Below, in pieces: positions 1 to 11,391 of a stretch of 64,000 nt of DNA. A program made the position numbers and the translations under genes. A model generated the notes under the pieces. The model had not been told where the DNA came from and ran no database searches. It worked only from the letters and a program-made list of their open reading frames with translations. Every line of letters starts with the position of its first letter. The first letter of the stretch is position 1. Source of the DNA: Escherichia coli (GTDB lineage Bacteria > Pseudomonadota > Gammaproteobacteria > Enterobacterales > Enterobacteriaceae); the NCBI RefSeq assembly GCF_003790525.1, contig NZ_CP033635.1. One strand, 5' to 3'.

Positions 1-54
1 CGGAATAGCGCCTGAAAGGCGAGGGCGGGTGAGTGACATCACCCGCCAGAGTCA

Positions 55-858
55 TTAACGCTTCAGGGCGTCGCTTAACTCGTCACGCATATTCGCCAGC
101 ATGGCTTTCACAACGCGCGGGTTACCAGCAACGATGTTACCGGTCAGCATATAGTTATGACCACCGGTGAAGTCGCTGACGATGCCGCCCGCTTCACGAA
201 CCAGCAGCTCGCCTGCCGCGAAATCCCACGGGCGCAGACCGATTTCAAAGAAACCGTCAACACGACCCGCAGCGACGTAAGCCAGATCCAGCGCCGCAGA
301 ACCGGTACGACGGAAGTCTGCACATTCGTTGAACAGTTTGCCGACGATGTTGATGTAGGTAGTGGCGTACTGTTTTGCTTTGAACGGGAAGCCGGTCGCC
401 AGAATAGTACCGTCGAGATCGCGAGCGGTGCTGCCGCGCAGACGGTAGCCGTTCAGCTGTGCGCCCTGACCGCGAGTGGCGGTGAACAGTTCGTTACGCA
501 TAGGATCGTATACCACAGCAACTTCGGTGCGGCCTTTGATACGAACGGCGATAGATACCGCGAAGTGCGGCAGACGTTTGATAAAGTTGGTAGTGCCATC
601 CAGTGGATCGATAACCCATTGAACATCCTGATCGGTACCTTCAAGTTCACCGCTTTCTTCGGTGATGATGGTGTGCTGTGGGTAAGATTTACGAATCGTG
701 TCGATAATCACCGCTTCGGCAGCTTTATCTACGTTGGTCACGAAATCGTTACTGCCTTTCTGGCTCGCTTCTACAGCGTCCGGGGTTTCATAGTTTTTGG
801 CAATTAAATTACCCGCCTTGCGCGCTGCGCGCACGGCGATGTTCAGCATCGGATGCAT
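55..858 (-). CDS. suhB: Inositol monophosphatase SuhB
   Basis: 267-aa ORF starting MHPMLNIAVRAARKAG, recognised as SuhB; conserved neighbour of trmJ-isc locus. Confidence 0.93.
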   Translation of the reverse strand: MHPMLNIAVRAARKAGNLIAKNYETPDAVEASQKGSNDFVTNVDKAAEAVIIDTIRKSYPQHTIITEESGELEGTDQDVQWVIDPLDGTTNFIKRLPHFAVSIAVRIKGRTEVAVVYDPMRNELFTATRGQGAQLNGYRLRGSTARDLDGTILATGFPFKAKQYATTYINIVGKLFNECADFRRTGSAALDLAYVAAGRVDGFFEIGLRPWDFAAGELLVREAGGIVSDFTGGHNYMLTGNIVAGNPRVVKAMLANMRDELSDALKR

Positions 859-976
859 CGGTCTCTCTCACTGGATGTTAAAGAACGGGAAAACGGCGCA
901 GAGTATAGCAGCGAGATCGGCATCTGTCTTCGTTTTATGATAAGATGCGCGAATAATCTTTAGACGAAGAAAGACA

Positions 977-1717
977 ATGCTGCAAAATATTCGAATTGTG
1001 CTGGTGGAGACGTCACACACCGGCAATATGGGTTCTGTTGCCCGTGCCATGAAAACAATGGGATTAACCAATCTGTGGCTGGTTAATCCACTGGTGAAAC
1101 CTGACTCCCAGGCGATTGCCCTGGCAGCAGGGGCCAGCGATGTGATTGGTAATGCTCACATCGTCGATACGCTCGACGAAGCGTTGGCTGGTTGTAGCCT
1201 GGTGGTGGGCACCAGCGCACGTTCCCGCACGCTGCCGTGGCCGATGCTCGACCCGCGCGAATGCGGTCTGAAAAGCGTCGCTGAAGCGGCAAATACCCCG
1301 GTGGCGCTGGTTTTTGGTCGTGAGCGTGTTGGCTTGACCAATGAAGAGTTGCAGAAATGCCATTATCATGTCGCGATTGCCGCGAACCCGGAATACAGTT
1401 CGCTGAACCTGGCGATGGCGGTTCAGGTTATTGCCTATGAAGTGCGCATGGCCTGGCTGGCAACTCAGGAAAATGGCGAGCAGGTCGAGCATGAAGAGAC
1501 GCCGTATCCGCTGGTCGATGATCTGGAGCGTTTTTATGGTCATCTGGAGCAAACGCTGCTGGCAACCGGTTTTATCCGTGAAAACCATCCGGGGCAGGTG
1601 ATGAATAAATTGCGCCGTCTGTTTACCCGTGCACGCCCGGAAAGCCAGGAATTGAATATCCTGCGCGGGATTCTGGCTTCTATTGAGCAGCAGAATAAAG
1701 GTAACAAGGCCGAATAA
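977..1717 (+). CDS. trmJ: tRNA 2'-O-methyltransferase TrmJ
   Basis: 246-aa [32 protein letters not shown], SpoU-type methylase, upstream of iscR. Confidence 0.9.
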
Positions 1718-1725
1718 CAGTGGTT

Positions 1726-1810
1726 GCCTGATGTGATGCTTAACGCGTCTTATCAGGCTTGTAAGTGCACGGAATCCCAGGTCGGATAAGGTGTTCACAC
1801 CGCATCCGAC
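1726..1810. repeat. REP/BIME-like palindromic units downstream of trmJ
   Basis: Two imperfect palindromes (gcctgatg...cgtcttatcaggc and gtcggataagg...gcatccgac) typical of REP elements. Confidence 0.4.
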
Positions 1811-1987
1811 AACAGGTACAAACGCCACGATAAAAAAATGGCACTGAAGGTTAAATACCCGACTAAATCAGTCAAGTAAATAGTTGACCAATTTACTCGG
1901 GAATGTCAGACTTGACCCTGCTATGCAATACCCCCACTTTTACAATAAAAAACCCCGGGCAGGGGCGAGTTTGAGGTGAAGTAAGAC

Positions 1988-2476
1988 ATGAGACTGACAT
2001 CTAAAGGGCGCTATGCCGTGACCGCAATGCTTGACGTTGCGCTCAACTCTGAAGCGGGCCCGGTACCGTTGGCTGATATTTCCGAACGTCAGGGAATTTC
2101 CCTTTCTTATCTGGAACAACTGTTTTCCCGTCTGCGTAAAAATGGTCTGGTTTCCAGCGTACGTGGACCAGGCGGTGGTTATCTGTTAGGCAAAGATGCC
2201 AGCAGCATCGCCGTTGGCGAAGTGATTAGCGCCGTTGACGAATCTGTAGATGCCACCCGTTGTCAGGGTAAAGGCGGCTGCCAGGGCGGCGATAAATGCC
2301 TGACCCACGCGCTGTGGCGTGATTTGAGCGACCGTCTTACCGGTTTTCTCAATAACATTACTTTAGGCGAACTGGTTAATAACCAGGAAGTGCTGGATGT
2401 GTCTGGTCGTCAGCATACTCACGACGCGCCACGCACCCGCACACAAGACGCGATCGACGTTAAGTTACGCGCTTAA
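1988..2476 (+). CDS. iscR: Fe-S cluster regulator IscR
   Basis: 162-aa [22 protein letters not shown], Rrf2 family with C-terminal Cys cluster. Confidence 0.95.
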
Positions 2477-2587
2477 TAAAAAGAATTCAGAATCAGGCCG
2501 GAGTGCTAAACACTCCGTAAACACGGTCGTACATCCAGCCGGTAGCCTGGTTCCTTGCATTGAGTGATGTACGGAGTTTATAGAGCA

Positions 2588-3802
2588 ATGAAATTACCGA
2601 TTTATCTCGACTACTCCGCAACCACGCCGGTGGACCCGCGTGTTGCCGAGAAAATGATGCAGTTTATGACGATGGACGGAACCTTTGGTAACCCGGCCTC
2701 CCGTTCTCACCGTTTCGGCTGGCAGGCTGAAGAAGCGGTTGATATCGCCCGTAATCAGATTGCAGATCTGGTCGGCGCTGACCCGCGTGAAATCGTCTTT
2801 ACCTCTGGTGCAACCGAATCTGACAACCTGGCGATCAAAGGTGCAGCCAACTTTTATCAGAAAAAAGGCAAGCACATCATCACCAGCAAAACCGAACACA
2901 AAGCGGTACTGGATACCTGCCGTCAGCTGGAGCGCGAAGGTTTCGAAGTCACCTACCTGGCACCGCAGCGTAACGGCATTATCGACCTGAAAGAACTTGA
3001 AGCAGCGATGCGTGACGACACCATCCTCGTTTCTATCATGCACGTGAATAACGAAATCGGCGTGGTGCAGGATATCGCGGCTATCGGCGAAATGTGCCGT
3101 GCTCGCGGCATTATCTATCACGTTGATGCAACCCAGAGCGTGGGCAAACTGCCTATCGACCTGAGCCAGTTGAAAGTTGACCTGATGTCATTCTCCGGTC
3201 ACAAAATCTATGGCCCGAAAGGTATCGGTGCGCTGTATGTGCGTCGTAAACCGCGCGTACGCATCGAAGCGCAAATGCACGGTGGCGGTCACGAGCGCGG
3301 TATGCGTTCCGGCACTCTGCCTGTTCACCAGATCGTTGGTATGGGCGAAGCCTATCGCATCGCAAAAGAAGAGATGGCGACCGAGATGGAACGTCTGCGC
3401 GGCCTGCGTAACCGTCTGTGGAACGGCATCAAAGATATCGAAGAAGTTTACCTGAACGGTGACCTGGAACACGGTGCGCCGAACATTCTCAACGTCAGCT
3501 TCAACTACGTTGAAGGTGAGTCGCTGATTATGGCGCTGAAAGACCTCGCGGTTTCTTCAGGTTCCGCCTGTACGTCAGCAAGCCTCGAACCGTCCTACGT
3601 GCTGCGCGCGCTGGGGCTGAACGACGAGCTGGCACATAGCTCTATCCGTTTCTCTTTAGGTCGTTTTACTACTGAAGAAGAGATCGACTACACCATCGAG
3701 TTAGTTCGTAAATCCATCGGTCGTCTGCGTGACCTTTCTCCGCTGTGGGAAATGTACAAGCAGGGCGTGGATCTGAACAGCATCGAATGGGCACATCATT
3801 AA
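2588..3802 (+). CDS. iscS: Cysteine desulfurase IscS
   Basis: Start chosen at [16 protein letters not shown] (ATG 2588), 404 aa; ORF-track start 2564 is a 5' extension. Confidence 0.95.
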
Positions 3803-3829
3803 TCGGTATCGGAATCAGGAGAATTTATA

Positions 3830-4216
3830 ATGGCTTACAGCGAAAAAGTTATCGACCATTACGAGAATCCGCGTAACGTGGGTTCTTTTGACAACAACGA
3901 CGAGAACGTCGGCAGCGGCATGGTGGGTGCACCGGCCTGTGGCGACGTGATGAAGTTGCAGATTAAAGTCAACGATGAAGGTATCATTGAAGACGCGCGT
4001 TTTAAAACTTACGGCTGCGGTTCTGCTATCGCTTCCAGCTCCCTGGTCACCGAATGGGTGAAAGGGAAGTCTCTCGACGAAGCGCAGGCGATCAAAAACA
4101 CCGATATTGCTGAAGAACTTGAACTGCCGCCAGTGAAAATTCACTGTTCTATTCTGGCAGAAGACGCGATCAAAGCCGCCATTGCGGACTATAAAAGCAA
4201 ACGTGAAGCAAAATAA
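3830..4216 (+). CDS. iscU: Fe-S scaffold IscU
   Basis: 128-aa ORF MAYSEKVIDHYENPRNVGSF with conserved Cys. Confidence 0.95.
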   Translation: MAYSEKVIDHYENPRNVGSFDNNDENVGSGMVGAPACGDVMKLQIKVNDEGIIEDARFKTYGCGSAIASSSLVTEWVKGKSLDEAQAIKNTDIAEELELPPVKIHCSILAEDAIKAAIADYKSKREAK

Positions 4217-4232
4217 GAGTTGAGGTTTGGTT

Positions 4233-4556
4233 ATGTCGATTACACTGAGCGACAGTGCAGCAGCGCGAGTAAATACCTTTCTGGCTAACCGTGGCAAAGG
4301 GTTTGGCCTGCGTCTGGGCGTGAGAACCTCCGGATGTTCAGGTATGGCTTATGTACTGGAATTTGTTGACGAACCGACGCCGGAAGACATCGTGTTTGAA
4401 GACAAAGGCGTGAAAGTCGTGGTCGATGGCAAAAGCCTGCAATTTCTGGACGGTACGCAGCTGGACTTCGTAAAAGAAGGCCTGAACGAAGGGTTTAAAT
4501 TCACCAACCCGAACGTTAAAGATGAGTGTGGTTGCGGCGAAAGCTTCCACGTTTGA
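4233..4556 (+). CDS. iscA: Fe-S carrier IscA
   Basis: 107 aa from [13 protein letters not shown]; C-terminal CGCGESF motif. Confidence 0.93.
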   Translation: MSITLSDSAAARVNTFLANRGKGFGLRLGVRTSGCSGMAYVLEFVDEPTPEDIVFEDKGVKVVVDGKSLQFLDGTQLDFVKEGLNEGFKFTNPNVKDECGCGESFHV

Positions 4557-4651
4557 TGCGCATACCGATAACCCCACCGTGGTCGCCTGCGCGTGGGGTT
4601 TGTTTTACCTGATTCGCCGTTATCGCGGCGGATCGCAGCCCTGAGAATGTT

Positions 4652-5167
4652 ATGGATTACTTCACCCTCTTTGGCTTGCCTGCCCGTTATCAACTCGATA
4701 CCCAGGCACTGAGCCTGCGTTTTCAGGATCTACAACGTCAGTATCATCCTGATAAATTCGCCAGCGGAAGCCAGGCGGAACAACTCGCCGCCGTACAGCA
4801 ATCTGCAACCATTAACCAGGCCTGGCAAACGCTGCGTCATCCGTTAATGCGCGCGGAATATTTACTTTCTTTGCACGGTTTTGATCTCGCCTGCGAGCAG
4901 CATACTGTGCGCGACACCGCGTTCCTGATGGAACAGCTGGAACTGCGCGAAGAACTGGACGAGATCGAACAGGCGAAAGATGAAGCGCGGCTGGAAAGCT
5001 TTATCAAACGTGTGAAAAAGATGTTTGATACCCGCCATCAGTTGATGGTTGAACAGTTAGACAACGAGACGTGGGACGCGGCGGCGGATACCGTGCGTAA
5101 GCTGCGTTTTCTCGATAAACTGCGAAGCAGTGCCGAACAACTCGAAGAAAAACTGCTCGATTTTTAA
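4652..5167 (+). CDS. hscB: Co-chaperone HscB
   Basis: 171-aa J-domain protein [16 protein letters not shown] with HPD motif. Confidence 0.93.
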   Translation: MDYFTLFGLPARYQLDTQALSLRFQDLQRQYHPDKFASGSQAEQLAAVQQSATINQAWQTLRHPLMRAEYLLSLHGFDLACEQHTVRDTAFLMEQLELREELDEIEQAKDEARLESFIKRVKKMFDTRHQLMVEQLDNETWDAAADTVRKLRFLDKLRSSAEQLEEKLLDF

Positions 5168-5183
5168 TTTCTGGAAGCTAAAC

Positions 5184-7034
5184 ATGGCCTTATTACAAAT
5201 TAGTGAACCTGGTTTGAGTGCTGCGCCGCATCAGCGTCGTCTGGCGGCCGGTATCGACCTGGGCACAACCAACTCGCTGGTGGCGACAGTGCGCAGCGGT
5301 CAGGCCGAAACGTTAGCCGACCATGAAGGCCGTCACCTGCTGCCATCTGTTGTTCACTATCAACAGCAAGGGCATTCGGTGGGTTATGACGCGCGTACTA
5401 ATGCAGCGCTCGATACCGCCAACACCATTAGTTCTGTTAAACGTCTGATGGGGCGCTCGCTGGCTGATATCCAGCAACGCTATCCGCATCTGCCTTATCA
5501 ATTCCAGGCCAGCGAAAACGGCCTGCCGATGATTGAAACGGCGGCGGGGCTGCTGAACCCAGTGCGCGTTTCTGCGGACATCCTCAAAGCACTGGCGGCG
5601 CGGGCAACTGAAGCCCTGGCAGGCGAGCTGGATGGTGTCGTTATCACCGTTCCGGCGTACTTTGACGATGCCCAGCGTCAGGGCACCAAAGACGCGGCGC
5701 GTCTGGCGGGGTTGCATGTTCTGCGCTTACTTAACGAACCGACCGCTGCGGCTATTGCCTACGGGCTGGATTCCGGTCAGGAAGGCGTGATCGCTGTTTA
5801 TGACCTCGGCGGCGGTACGTTTGATATTTCCATTCTGCGCTTAAGTCGCGGCGTGTTTGAAGTGCTGGCAACCGGCGGTGATTCCGCGCTCGGCGGCGAT
5901 GATTTCGACCATCTGCTGGCGGATTACATTCGCGAGCAGGCGGGCATTCCTGATCGTAGCGATAACCGCGTTCAGCGTGAACTGCTGGATGCCGCCATTG
6001 CAGCCAAAATCGCGCTGAGTGATGCGGACTCCGTGACCGTTAACGTTGCGGGCTGGCAGGGCGAAATCAGCCGTGAACAATTCAATGAACTGATCGCGCC
6101 ACTGGTAAAACGAACCTTACTGGCTTGTCGTCGCGCGCTGAAAGATGCGGGCGTAGAAGCTGATGAAGTGCTGGAAGTGGTGATGGTGGGCGGTTCTACT
6201 CGCGTGCCGCTGGTGCGTGAACGGGTAGGCGAATTTTTCGGTCGTCCACCGTTGACTTCCATCGACCCGGATAAAGTCGTCGCTATTGGCGCGGCGATTC
6301 AGGCGGATATTTTGGTGGGTAACAAGCCGGACAGCGAAATGCTGCTGCTTGATGTGATCCCGCTGTCGCTGGGCCTCGAGACCATGGGCGGCCTGGTGGA
6401 GAAAGTGATCCCGCGTAATACCACGATTCCGGTAGCCCGCGCCCAGGATTTCACCACCTTTAAAGATGGTCAGACGGCGATGTCTATCCATGTAATGCAG
6501 GGTGAGCGCGAACTGGTGCAGGACTGCCGCTCGCTGGCGCGTTTTGCGCTGCGAGGTATTCCGGCGCTACCGGCTGGCGGCGCGCATATTCGCGTGACGT
6601 TCCAGGTCGATGCCGACGGTCTTTTGAGCGTGACGGCGATGGAGAAATCCACCGGCGTTGAGGCGTCTATCCAGGTCAAACCGTCTTACGGTCTGACCGA
6701 TAGCGAAATCGCTTCGATGATCAAAGACTCAATGAGCTATGCCGAGCAGGACGTAAAAGCCCGTATGCTGGCAGAACAAAAAGTAGAAGCGGCGCGTGTG
6801 CTGGAAAGTCTGCACGGCGCGCTGGCTGCTGATGCCGCGCTGTTAAGCGCCGCAGAACGTCAGGATATCGACGATGCTGCCGCTCACCTGAGTGAAGTGG
6901 CGCAGGGCGATGATGTTGACGCCATCGAACAAGCGATTAAAAACGTAGACAAACAAACCCAGGATTTCGCCGCTCGCCGCATGGACCAGTCGGTTCGTCG
7001 TGCGCTGAAAGGCCATTCCGTGGACGAGGTTTAA
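5184..7034 (+). CDS. hscA: Chaperone HscA (Hsc66)
   Basis: Start at [10 protein letters not shown] (ATG 5184), 616 aa Hsp70-like; ORF-track start 5130 is an extension. Confidence 0.93.
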   Translation: MALLQISEPGLSAAPHQRRLAAGIDLGTTNSLVATVRSGQAETLADHEGRHLLPSVVHYQQQGHSVGYDARTNAALDTANTISSVKRLMGRSLADIQQRYPHLPYQFQASENGLPMIETAAGLLNPVRVSADILKALAARATEALAGELDGVVITVPAYFDDAQRQGTKDAARLAGLHVLRLLNEPTAAAIAYGLDSGQEGVIAVYDLGGGTFDISILRLSRGVFEVLATGGDSALGGDDFDHLLADYIREQAGIPDRSDNRVQRELLDAAIAAKIALSDADSVTVNVAGWQGEISREQFNELIAPLVKRTLLACRRALKDAGVEADEVLEVVMVGGSTRVPLVRERVGEFFGRPPLTSIDPDKVVAIGAAIQADILVGNKPDSEMLLLDVIPLSLGLETMGGLVEKVIPRNTTIPVARAQDFTTFKDGQTAMSIHVMQGERELVQDCRSLARFALRGIPALPAGGAHIRVTFQVDADGLLSVTAMEKSTGVEASIQVKPSYGLTDSEIASMIKDSMSYAEQDVKARMLAEQKVEAARVLESLHGALAADAALLSAAERQDIDDAAAHLSEVAQGDDVDAIEQAIKNVDKQTQDFAARRMDQSVRRALKGHSVDEV

Positions 7035-7035
7035 T

Positions 7036-7371
7036 ATGCCAAAGATTGTTATTTTGCCTCATCAGGATCTCTGTCCTGATGGCGCTGTTCTGGAAGCTAA
7101 TAGCGGTGAAACCATTCTCGACGCAGCTCTGCGTAACGGTATCGAGATTGAACACGCCTGTGAAAAATCCTGTGCTTGCACCACCTGCCACTGCATCGTT
7201 CGCGAAGGTTTTGACTCGCTGCCGGAAAGCTCAGAGCAGGAAGACGACATGCTGGACAAAGCCTGGGGGCTGGAGCCGGAAAGCCGTTTAAGCTGCCAGG
7301 CGCGCGTTACCGACGAAGATTTAGTGGTCGAAATCCCGCGTTACACTATCAACCATGCGCGTGAGCATTAA
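7036..7371 (+). CDS. fdx: [2Fe-2S] ferredoxin Fdx
   Basis: 111-aa [19 protein letters not shown] with Cys ligands, follows hscA. Confidence 0.93.
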   Translation: MPKIVILPHQDLCPDGAVLEANSGETILDAALRNGIEIEHACEKSCACTTCHCIVREGFDSLPESSEQEDDMLDKAWGLEPESRLSCQARVTDEDLVVEIPRYTINHAREH

Positions 7372-7382
7372 CAGAGGTTAGT

Positions 7383-7583
7383 ATGGGACTTAAGTGGACC
7401 GATAGCCGCGAAATTGGCGAAGCACTGTACGATGCGTATCCCGATATTGATCCGAAAATGGTTCGATTCACCGATATGCATCAGTGGATTTGCGCTCTGG
7501 AAGATTTCGACGACGACCCGCAGGCATCGAATGAGAAAATCCTCGAAGCGATTTTGTTGGTCTGGCTGGACGAAGCCGAGTGA
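7383..7583 (+). CDS. iscX: IscX (YfhJ)
   Basis: 66-aa acidic [27 protein letters not shown], last gene of isc operon. Confidence 0.9.
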   Translation: MGLKWTDSREIGEALYDAYPDIDPKMVRFTDMHQWICALEDFDDDPQASNEKILEAILLVWLDEAE

Positions 7584-7641
7584 ATGAACGGGCTGCCTGA
7601 GGGTAGCCCGTTTTGCTGTTAAACGAATAAGGATAACTAAA

Positions 7642-8925
7642 ATGACAGAAGCGATGAAAATTACCCTCTCTACCCAACCTGCCGATGCGCGCTGGGGAGA
7701 AAAAGCAACTTACAGCATTAATAATGATGGCATTACCCTGCACTTGAACGGAGCGGACGATCTGGGGCTGATCCAGCGTGCGGCGCGCAAGATTGACGGT
7801 CTGGGCATCAAACATGTTCAGCTAAGCGGTGAAGGCTGGGATGCGGATCGTTGCTGGGCATTCTGGCAAGGTTACAAAGCCCCGAAAGGCACGCGTAAAG
7901 TGGAGTGGCCGGATCTGGACGATGTCCAGCGCCAGGAACTGGATAACCGCCTGATGATCATCGACTGGGTGCGTGACACCATTAACGCACCGGCGGAAGA
8001 GCTGGGGCCATCGCAACTGGCACAGCGTGCTGTTGATCTGATCAGCAATGTCGCGGGCGATCGTGTGACTTACCGGATCACCAAAGGCGAAGATCTGCGT
8101 GATCAAGGTTATATGGGGCTGCACACGGTCGGACGCGGTTCAGAACGTTCTCCGGTATTGCTGGCGCTGGATTACAACCCGACTGGCGATAAAGAAGCGC
8201 CAGTGTACGCGTGCCTGGTAGGTAAAGGTATCACTTTTGACTCCGGCGGCTACAGCATCAAACAGACCGCATTTATGGACTCGATGAAGTCGGACATGGG
8301 CGGCGCGGCAACGGTTACCGGGGCGCTGGCGTTTGCCATTACGCGCGGACTGAACAAGCGCGTGAAGCTGTTCCTCTGCTGTGCGGATAACCTGATCAGC
8401 GGCAACGCGTTCAAACTGGGCGATATTATTACCTATCGCAACGGTAAAAAAGTTGAAGTGATGAACACTGATGCGGAAGGGCGTCTGGTGCTGGCCGATG
8501 GCCTGATTGATGCCAGTGCGCAGAAACCGGAACTGATCATTGATGCGGCGACCCTCACCGGGGCGGCGAAAACTGCGCTGGGTAATGATTATCACGCGCT
8601 GTTCAGTTTTGACGATGCGCTTGCCGGTCGCTTGCTGGCGAGTGCCGCGCAGGAGAATGAACCGTTCTGGCGTCTGCCGCTGGCGGAGTTCCACCGCAGC
8701 CAGCTGCCGTCTAACTTTGCCGAACTGAACAATACCGGAAGCGCGGCGTACCCGGCAGGCGCGAGCACGGCGGCGGGCTTCCTGTCGCACTTTGTTGAGA
8801 ACTATCAGCAAGGCTGGCTGCATATCGACTGCTCGGCGACTTACCGTAAAGCGCCGGTTGAACAGTGGTCTGCGGGTGCTACGGGACTTGGTGTGCGCAC
8901 GATTGCTAATCTGTTAACGGCGTAA
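7642..8925 (+). CDS. pepB: Aminopeptidase B PepB
   Basis: 427-aa [25 protein letters not shown]17 peptidase family. Confidence 0.92.
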   Translation: MTEAMKITLSTQPADARWGEKATYSINNDGITLHLNGADDLGLIQRAARKIDGLGIKHVQLSGEGWDADRCWAFWQGYKAPKGTRKVEWPDLDDVQRQELDNRLMIIDWVRDTINAPAEELGPSQLAQRAVDLISNVAGDRVTYRITKGEDLRDQGYMGLHTVGRGSERSPVLLALDYNPTGDKEAPVYACLVGKGITFDSGGYSIKQTAFMDSMKSDMGGAATVTGALAFAITRGLNKRVKLFLCCADNLISGNAFKLGDIITYRNGKKVEVMNTDAEGRLVLADGLIDASAQKPELIIDAATLTGAAKTALGNDYHALFSFDDALAGRLLASAAQENEPFWRLPLAEFHRSQLPSNFAELNNTGSAAYPAGASTAAGFLSHFVENYQQGWLHIDCSATYRKAPVEQWSAGATGLGVRTIANLLTA

Positions 8926-8931
8926 ACTAAT

Positions 8932-9045
8932 ATGCCGGATGCGGCGTAAACGCCTTATCCGGACTACAAATTGCGAAAATCCAATAGATTGCGACTCCCT
9001 TGTAGGCCTGATAAGCGTGGCGCATCAGGCACTTGTGCCCCGAAC
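8932..9045. repeat. REP/BIME element between pepB and sseB
   Basis: Canonical REP palindromes gccggatgcggcgtaaacgccttatccgg and inverted copy aggcctgataagcgtggcgcatcaggc. Confidence 0.55.
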
Positions 9046-9066
9046 GTTGAATGAATTGTGGTTCTT

Positions 9067-9843
9067 ATGTCCGAAACAAAAAATGAACTTGAAGACCTGC
9101 TGGAAAAAGCAGCAACCGAACCGGCGCACCGCCCGGCCTTTTTCCGTACTCTACTGGAATCCACCGTCTGGGTGCCGGGTACGGCGGCGCAGGGCGAGGC
9201 TGTGGTTGAAGATAGCGCGCTTGATTTACAGCACTGGGAAAAAGAAGACGGCACCAGCGTCATTCCTTTTTTTACCTCGTTAGAAGCACTTCAACAGGCG
9301 GTTGAAGACGAACAGGCATTTGTCGTAATGCCCGTTCGCACATTGTTTGAGATGACCCTTGGCGAAACGCTCTTCCTTAATGCCAAACTGCCAACCGGTA
9401 AAGAATTTATGCCGCGTGAAATCAGTTTGTTGATTGGTGAAGAAGGAAATCCGCTGAGCAGCCAGGAAGTACTGGAGGGCGGTGAATCGCTGATATTATC
9501 GGAAGTCGCAGAGCCACCAGCACAAATGATTGATTCTCTCACCACCTTATTTAAAACTATTAAGCCGGTGAAGCGTGCTTTTATTTGTTCAATTAAAGAG
9601 AACGAAGAGGCACAGCCTAATTTACTTATTGGCATTGAAGCCGATGGTGATATCGAAGAAATTATTCAGGCGGCGGGAAGTGTAGCGACCGATACAATAC
9701 CTGGCGATGAACCCATCGATATTTGTCAGGTGAAAAAAGGGGAAAAAGGAATTAGCCACTTTATTACCGAACATATTGTGCCATTCTATGAACGTCGCTG
9801 GGGTGGTTTTTTGCGTGACTTTAAACAGAACCGGATAATCTAA
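9067..9843 (+). CDS. sseB: SseB, enhancer of serine sensitivity
   Basis: 258 aa from MSETKNELEDLLEKAATEP; convergent with sseA. Confidence 0.85.
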   Translation: MSETKNELEDLLEKAATEPAHRPAFFRTLLESTVWVPGTAAQGEAVVEDSALDLQHWEKEDGTSVIPFFTSLEALQQAVEDEQAFVVMPVRTLFEMTLGETLFLNAKLPTGKEFMPREISLLIGEEGNPLSSQEVLEGGESLILSEVAEPPAQMIDSLTTLFKTIKPVKRAFICSIKENEEAQPNLLIGIEADGDIEEIIQAAGSVATDTIPGDEPIDICQVKKGEKGISHFITEHIVPFYERRWGGFLRDFKQNRII

Positions 9844-9945
9844 AATATGCCGCCCCAAAGGGCGGCATTCGGGCTTACCTGCTGTTCTGAAGGTTGTTAA
9901 CCACCAATAAATTGTTACCGGAGAGACTCCGGTTATTATTTACCT

Positions 9946-10325
9946 CGGTTAACAGCGCACCAGAAACAATAAGTACGATACAAAAGCACCGTATCTTCAT
10001 TGTGCGGTCCATGCGAAGACCGCATCACGACAGCACCACTGGCGATATTGCCGCGATAGCAAGCGCTGTGAAACACCTGCATTTACGGCCATGGAACATC
10101 CTTTCCTTAAGCCAGCGCCCGTTTGCGAGACGGCGGAAAGGGCCGGTGTCGATAATACGCTAAATAAACAATGATTACTCTCTTTCGCTTGACAAAAAGA
10201 GAGTTACTGGCGAGTATTGCTTTGCTGTGAAGCACCTGCGTTGCTCATGCAACACAAGCCAATCTGCTGGAAAGGCCGCGAACCAGACCAGCAATAAAAA
10301 ACCGCCAAATTCGGCGGTTTTTTAT
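9946..10325 (+). ncRNA. Candidate RyfA-like sRNA in the sseB-sseA intergenic region (strand and ends uncertain)
   Basis: About 500 bp non-coding gap between convergent genes; promoter-like TTGTTA-16-TATTAT at 9911-9938; strong hairpin plus T-run at 10300-10330; RyfA is known to lie between sseA and sseB in E. coli. Confidence 0.25.
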
Positions 10326-10330
10326 TGCCT
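10300..10330. terminator. Bidirectional intrinsic terminator downstream of sseA
   Basis: aaaaaaccgccaaattcggcggttttttatt: GC stem flanked by A-run and T-run. Confidence 0.55.
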
Positions 10331-10339
10331 GTTAAAAGC

Positions 10340-11185
10340 TTATTTCTCTGGCTCAACCGGTAAATCTGCTCGTGCGCCCCATTCACTCCATGCGCCGTCG
10401 TACAGTTTCACGTTTGGCACATCAAGTGTCGCGAGTGCCAACAAAACCACGGCTGCCGTTACACCAGAGCCGCAGCTGACGATAATCGGTTTGTCATAGC
10501 TGACGCCGCGACCAAAAAATATCGCATCCAGTTCATCGGTCGTTTTTAGTTCGCCTTCGCGCACCAGTTCCGTCCACGGAACGTTCAATGCACCGGGAAT
10601 ATGTCCGCGACGTAAACCTGGGCGAGGTTCATCAACTTCTGCGTTAAAACGTGCAGCCGGGCGGGCATCAATAATTTGCGCCGTATTTTCATGGCTTGCC
10701 AATAACACATCGGTGACTTTCACCACGGCTTCAGGATTAAACGTGGCGTTAAACTCTCCTTCCGGCAGCTCTACTGCACCTTCTTCTAACAGCAGATCAT
10801 CGCGCTGCCAGCCTGCAAGTCCACCCCCCAGAATCGACACTTTCTCTACACCAAAGGTGCGCAGCATCCACCATGCTCGTGGGGCTGAGAAAAGATTACC
10901 TTCGTCATAGATAATCAGGTGCTTATCCTGGTTAACGCCTAATTCACGCATCGCCACGGCGAACGTTTCCGGGCGCGGCAGCATGTGCGGAAGCGGGGAA
11001 GTGTGATCAGAAAGCGCTTCGATATCAAAAAACACTGCGCCGGGAATATGTCCATTCAGATACTCCTGAGCAACGTTACGATCTTCCTGTCCAGGCGACG
11101 CCATGCGGGCATCGATAATCTGAATTTCCGGGTCATCAATATGTTCGGCGAGCCAGTCGGCTCCTACAAACCATGTCGTGGACAT
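10340..11185 (-). CDS. sseA: 3-mercaptopyruvate sulfurtransferase SseA
   Basis: 281 aa from MSTTWFVGADWLAEH (start 11185), rhodanese domains; ORF-track start 11344 is an extension. Confidence 0.9.
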   Translation of the reverse strand: MSTTWFVGADWLAEHIDDPEIQIIDARMASPGQEDRNVAQEYLNGHIPGAVFFDIEALSDHTSPLPHMLPRPETFAVAMRELGVNQDKHLIIYDEGNLFSAPRAWWMLRTFGVEKVSILGGGLAGWQRDDLLLEEGAVELPEGEFNATFNPEAVVKVTDVLLASHENTAQIIDARPAARFNAEVDEPRPGLRRGHIPGALNVPWTELVREGELKTTDELDAIFFGRGVSYDKPIIVSCGSGVTAAVVLLALATLDVPNVKLYDGAWSEWGARADLPVEPEK

Positions 11186-11391
11186 AGGCATCTCCATTTT
11201 TGCCGGGGTTAGGCTAAATTGTCGGATGTTTAGTGAAAAGCGACAAGCAAAAGAGGCTGATTTGGCTGTCTGAGCCACAATTCTCACTAAAATTCGGATT
11301 GTATGGGCGTGATACTGAATTACATAACGTAAATTCTCACGCATAATAATTATTCGACGTTGCTAACGGGCCATTGTGGCAGGGATGAAAA

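Noticed and set aside
157-807. 216-aa plus-strand ORF inside suhB
   Set aside because: Antisense shadow of a well-conserved gene; no independent start context.
1064-1828. 254-aa minus-strand ORF overlapping trmJ
   Set aside because: Antisense shadow ORF in GC-rich coding DNA.
2564-2587. ORF-track 5' extensions of iscS and likewise hscA (5130), der (26278), guaB (41198), sseA (to 11344), sseB (9058)
   Set aside because: Conserved N-termini and RBS positions support the shorter starts used in the feature list.
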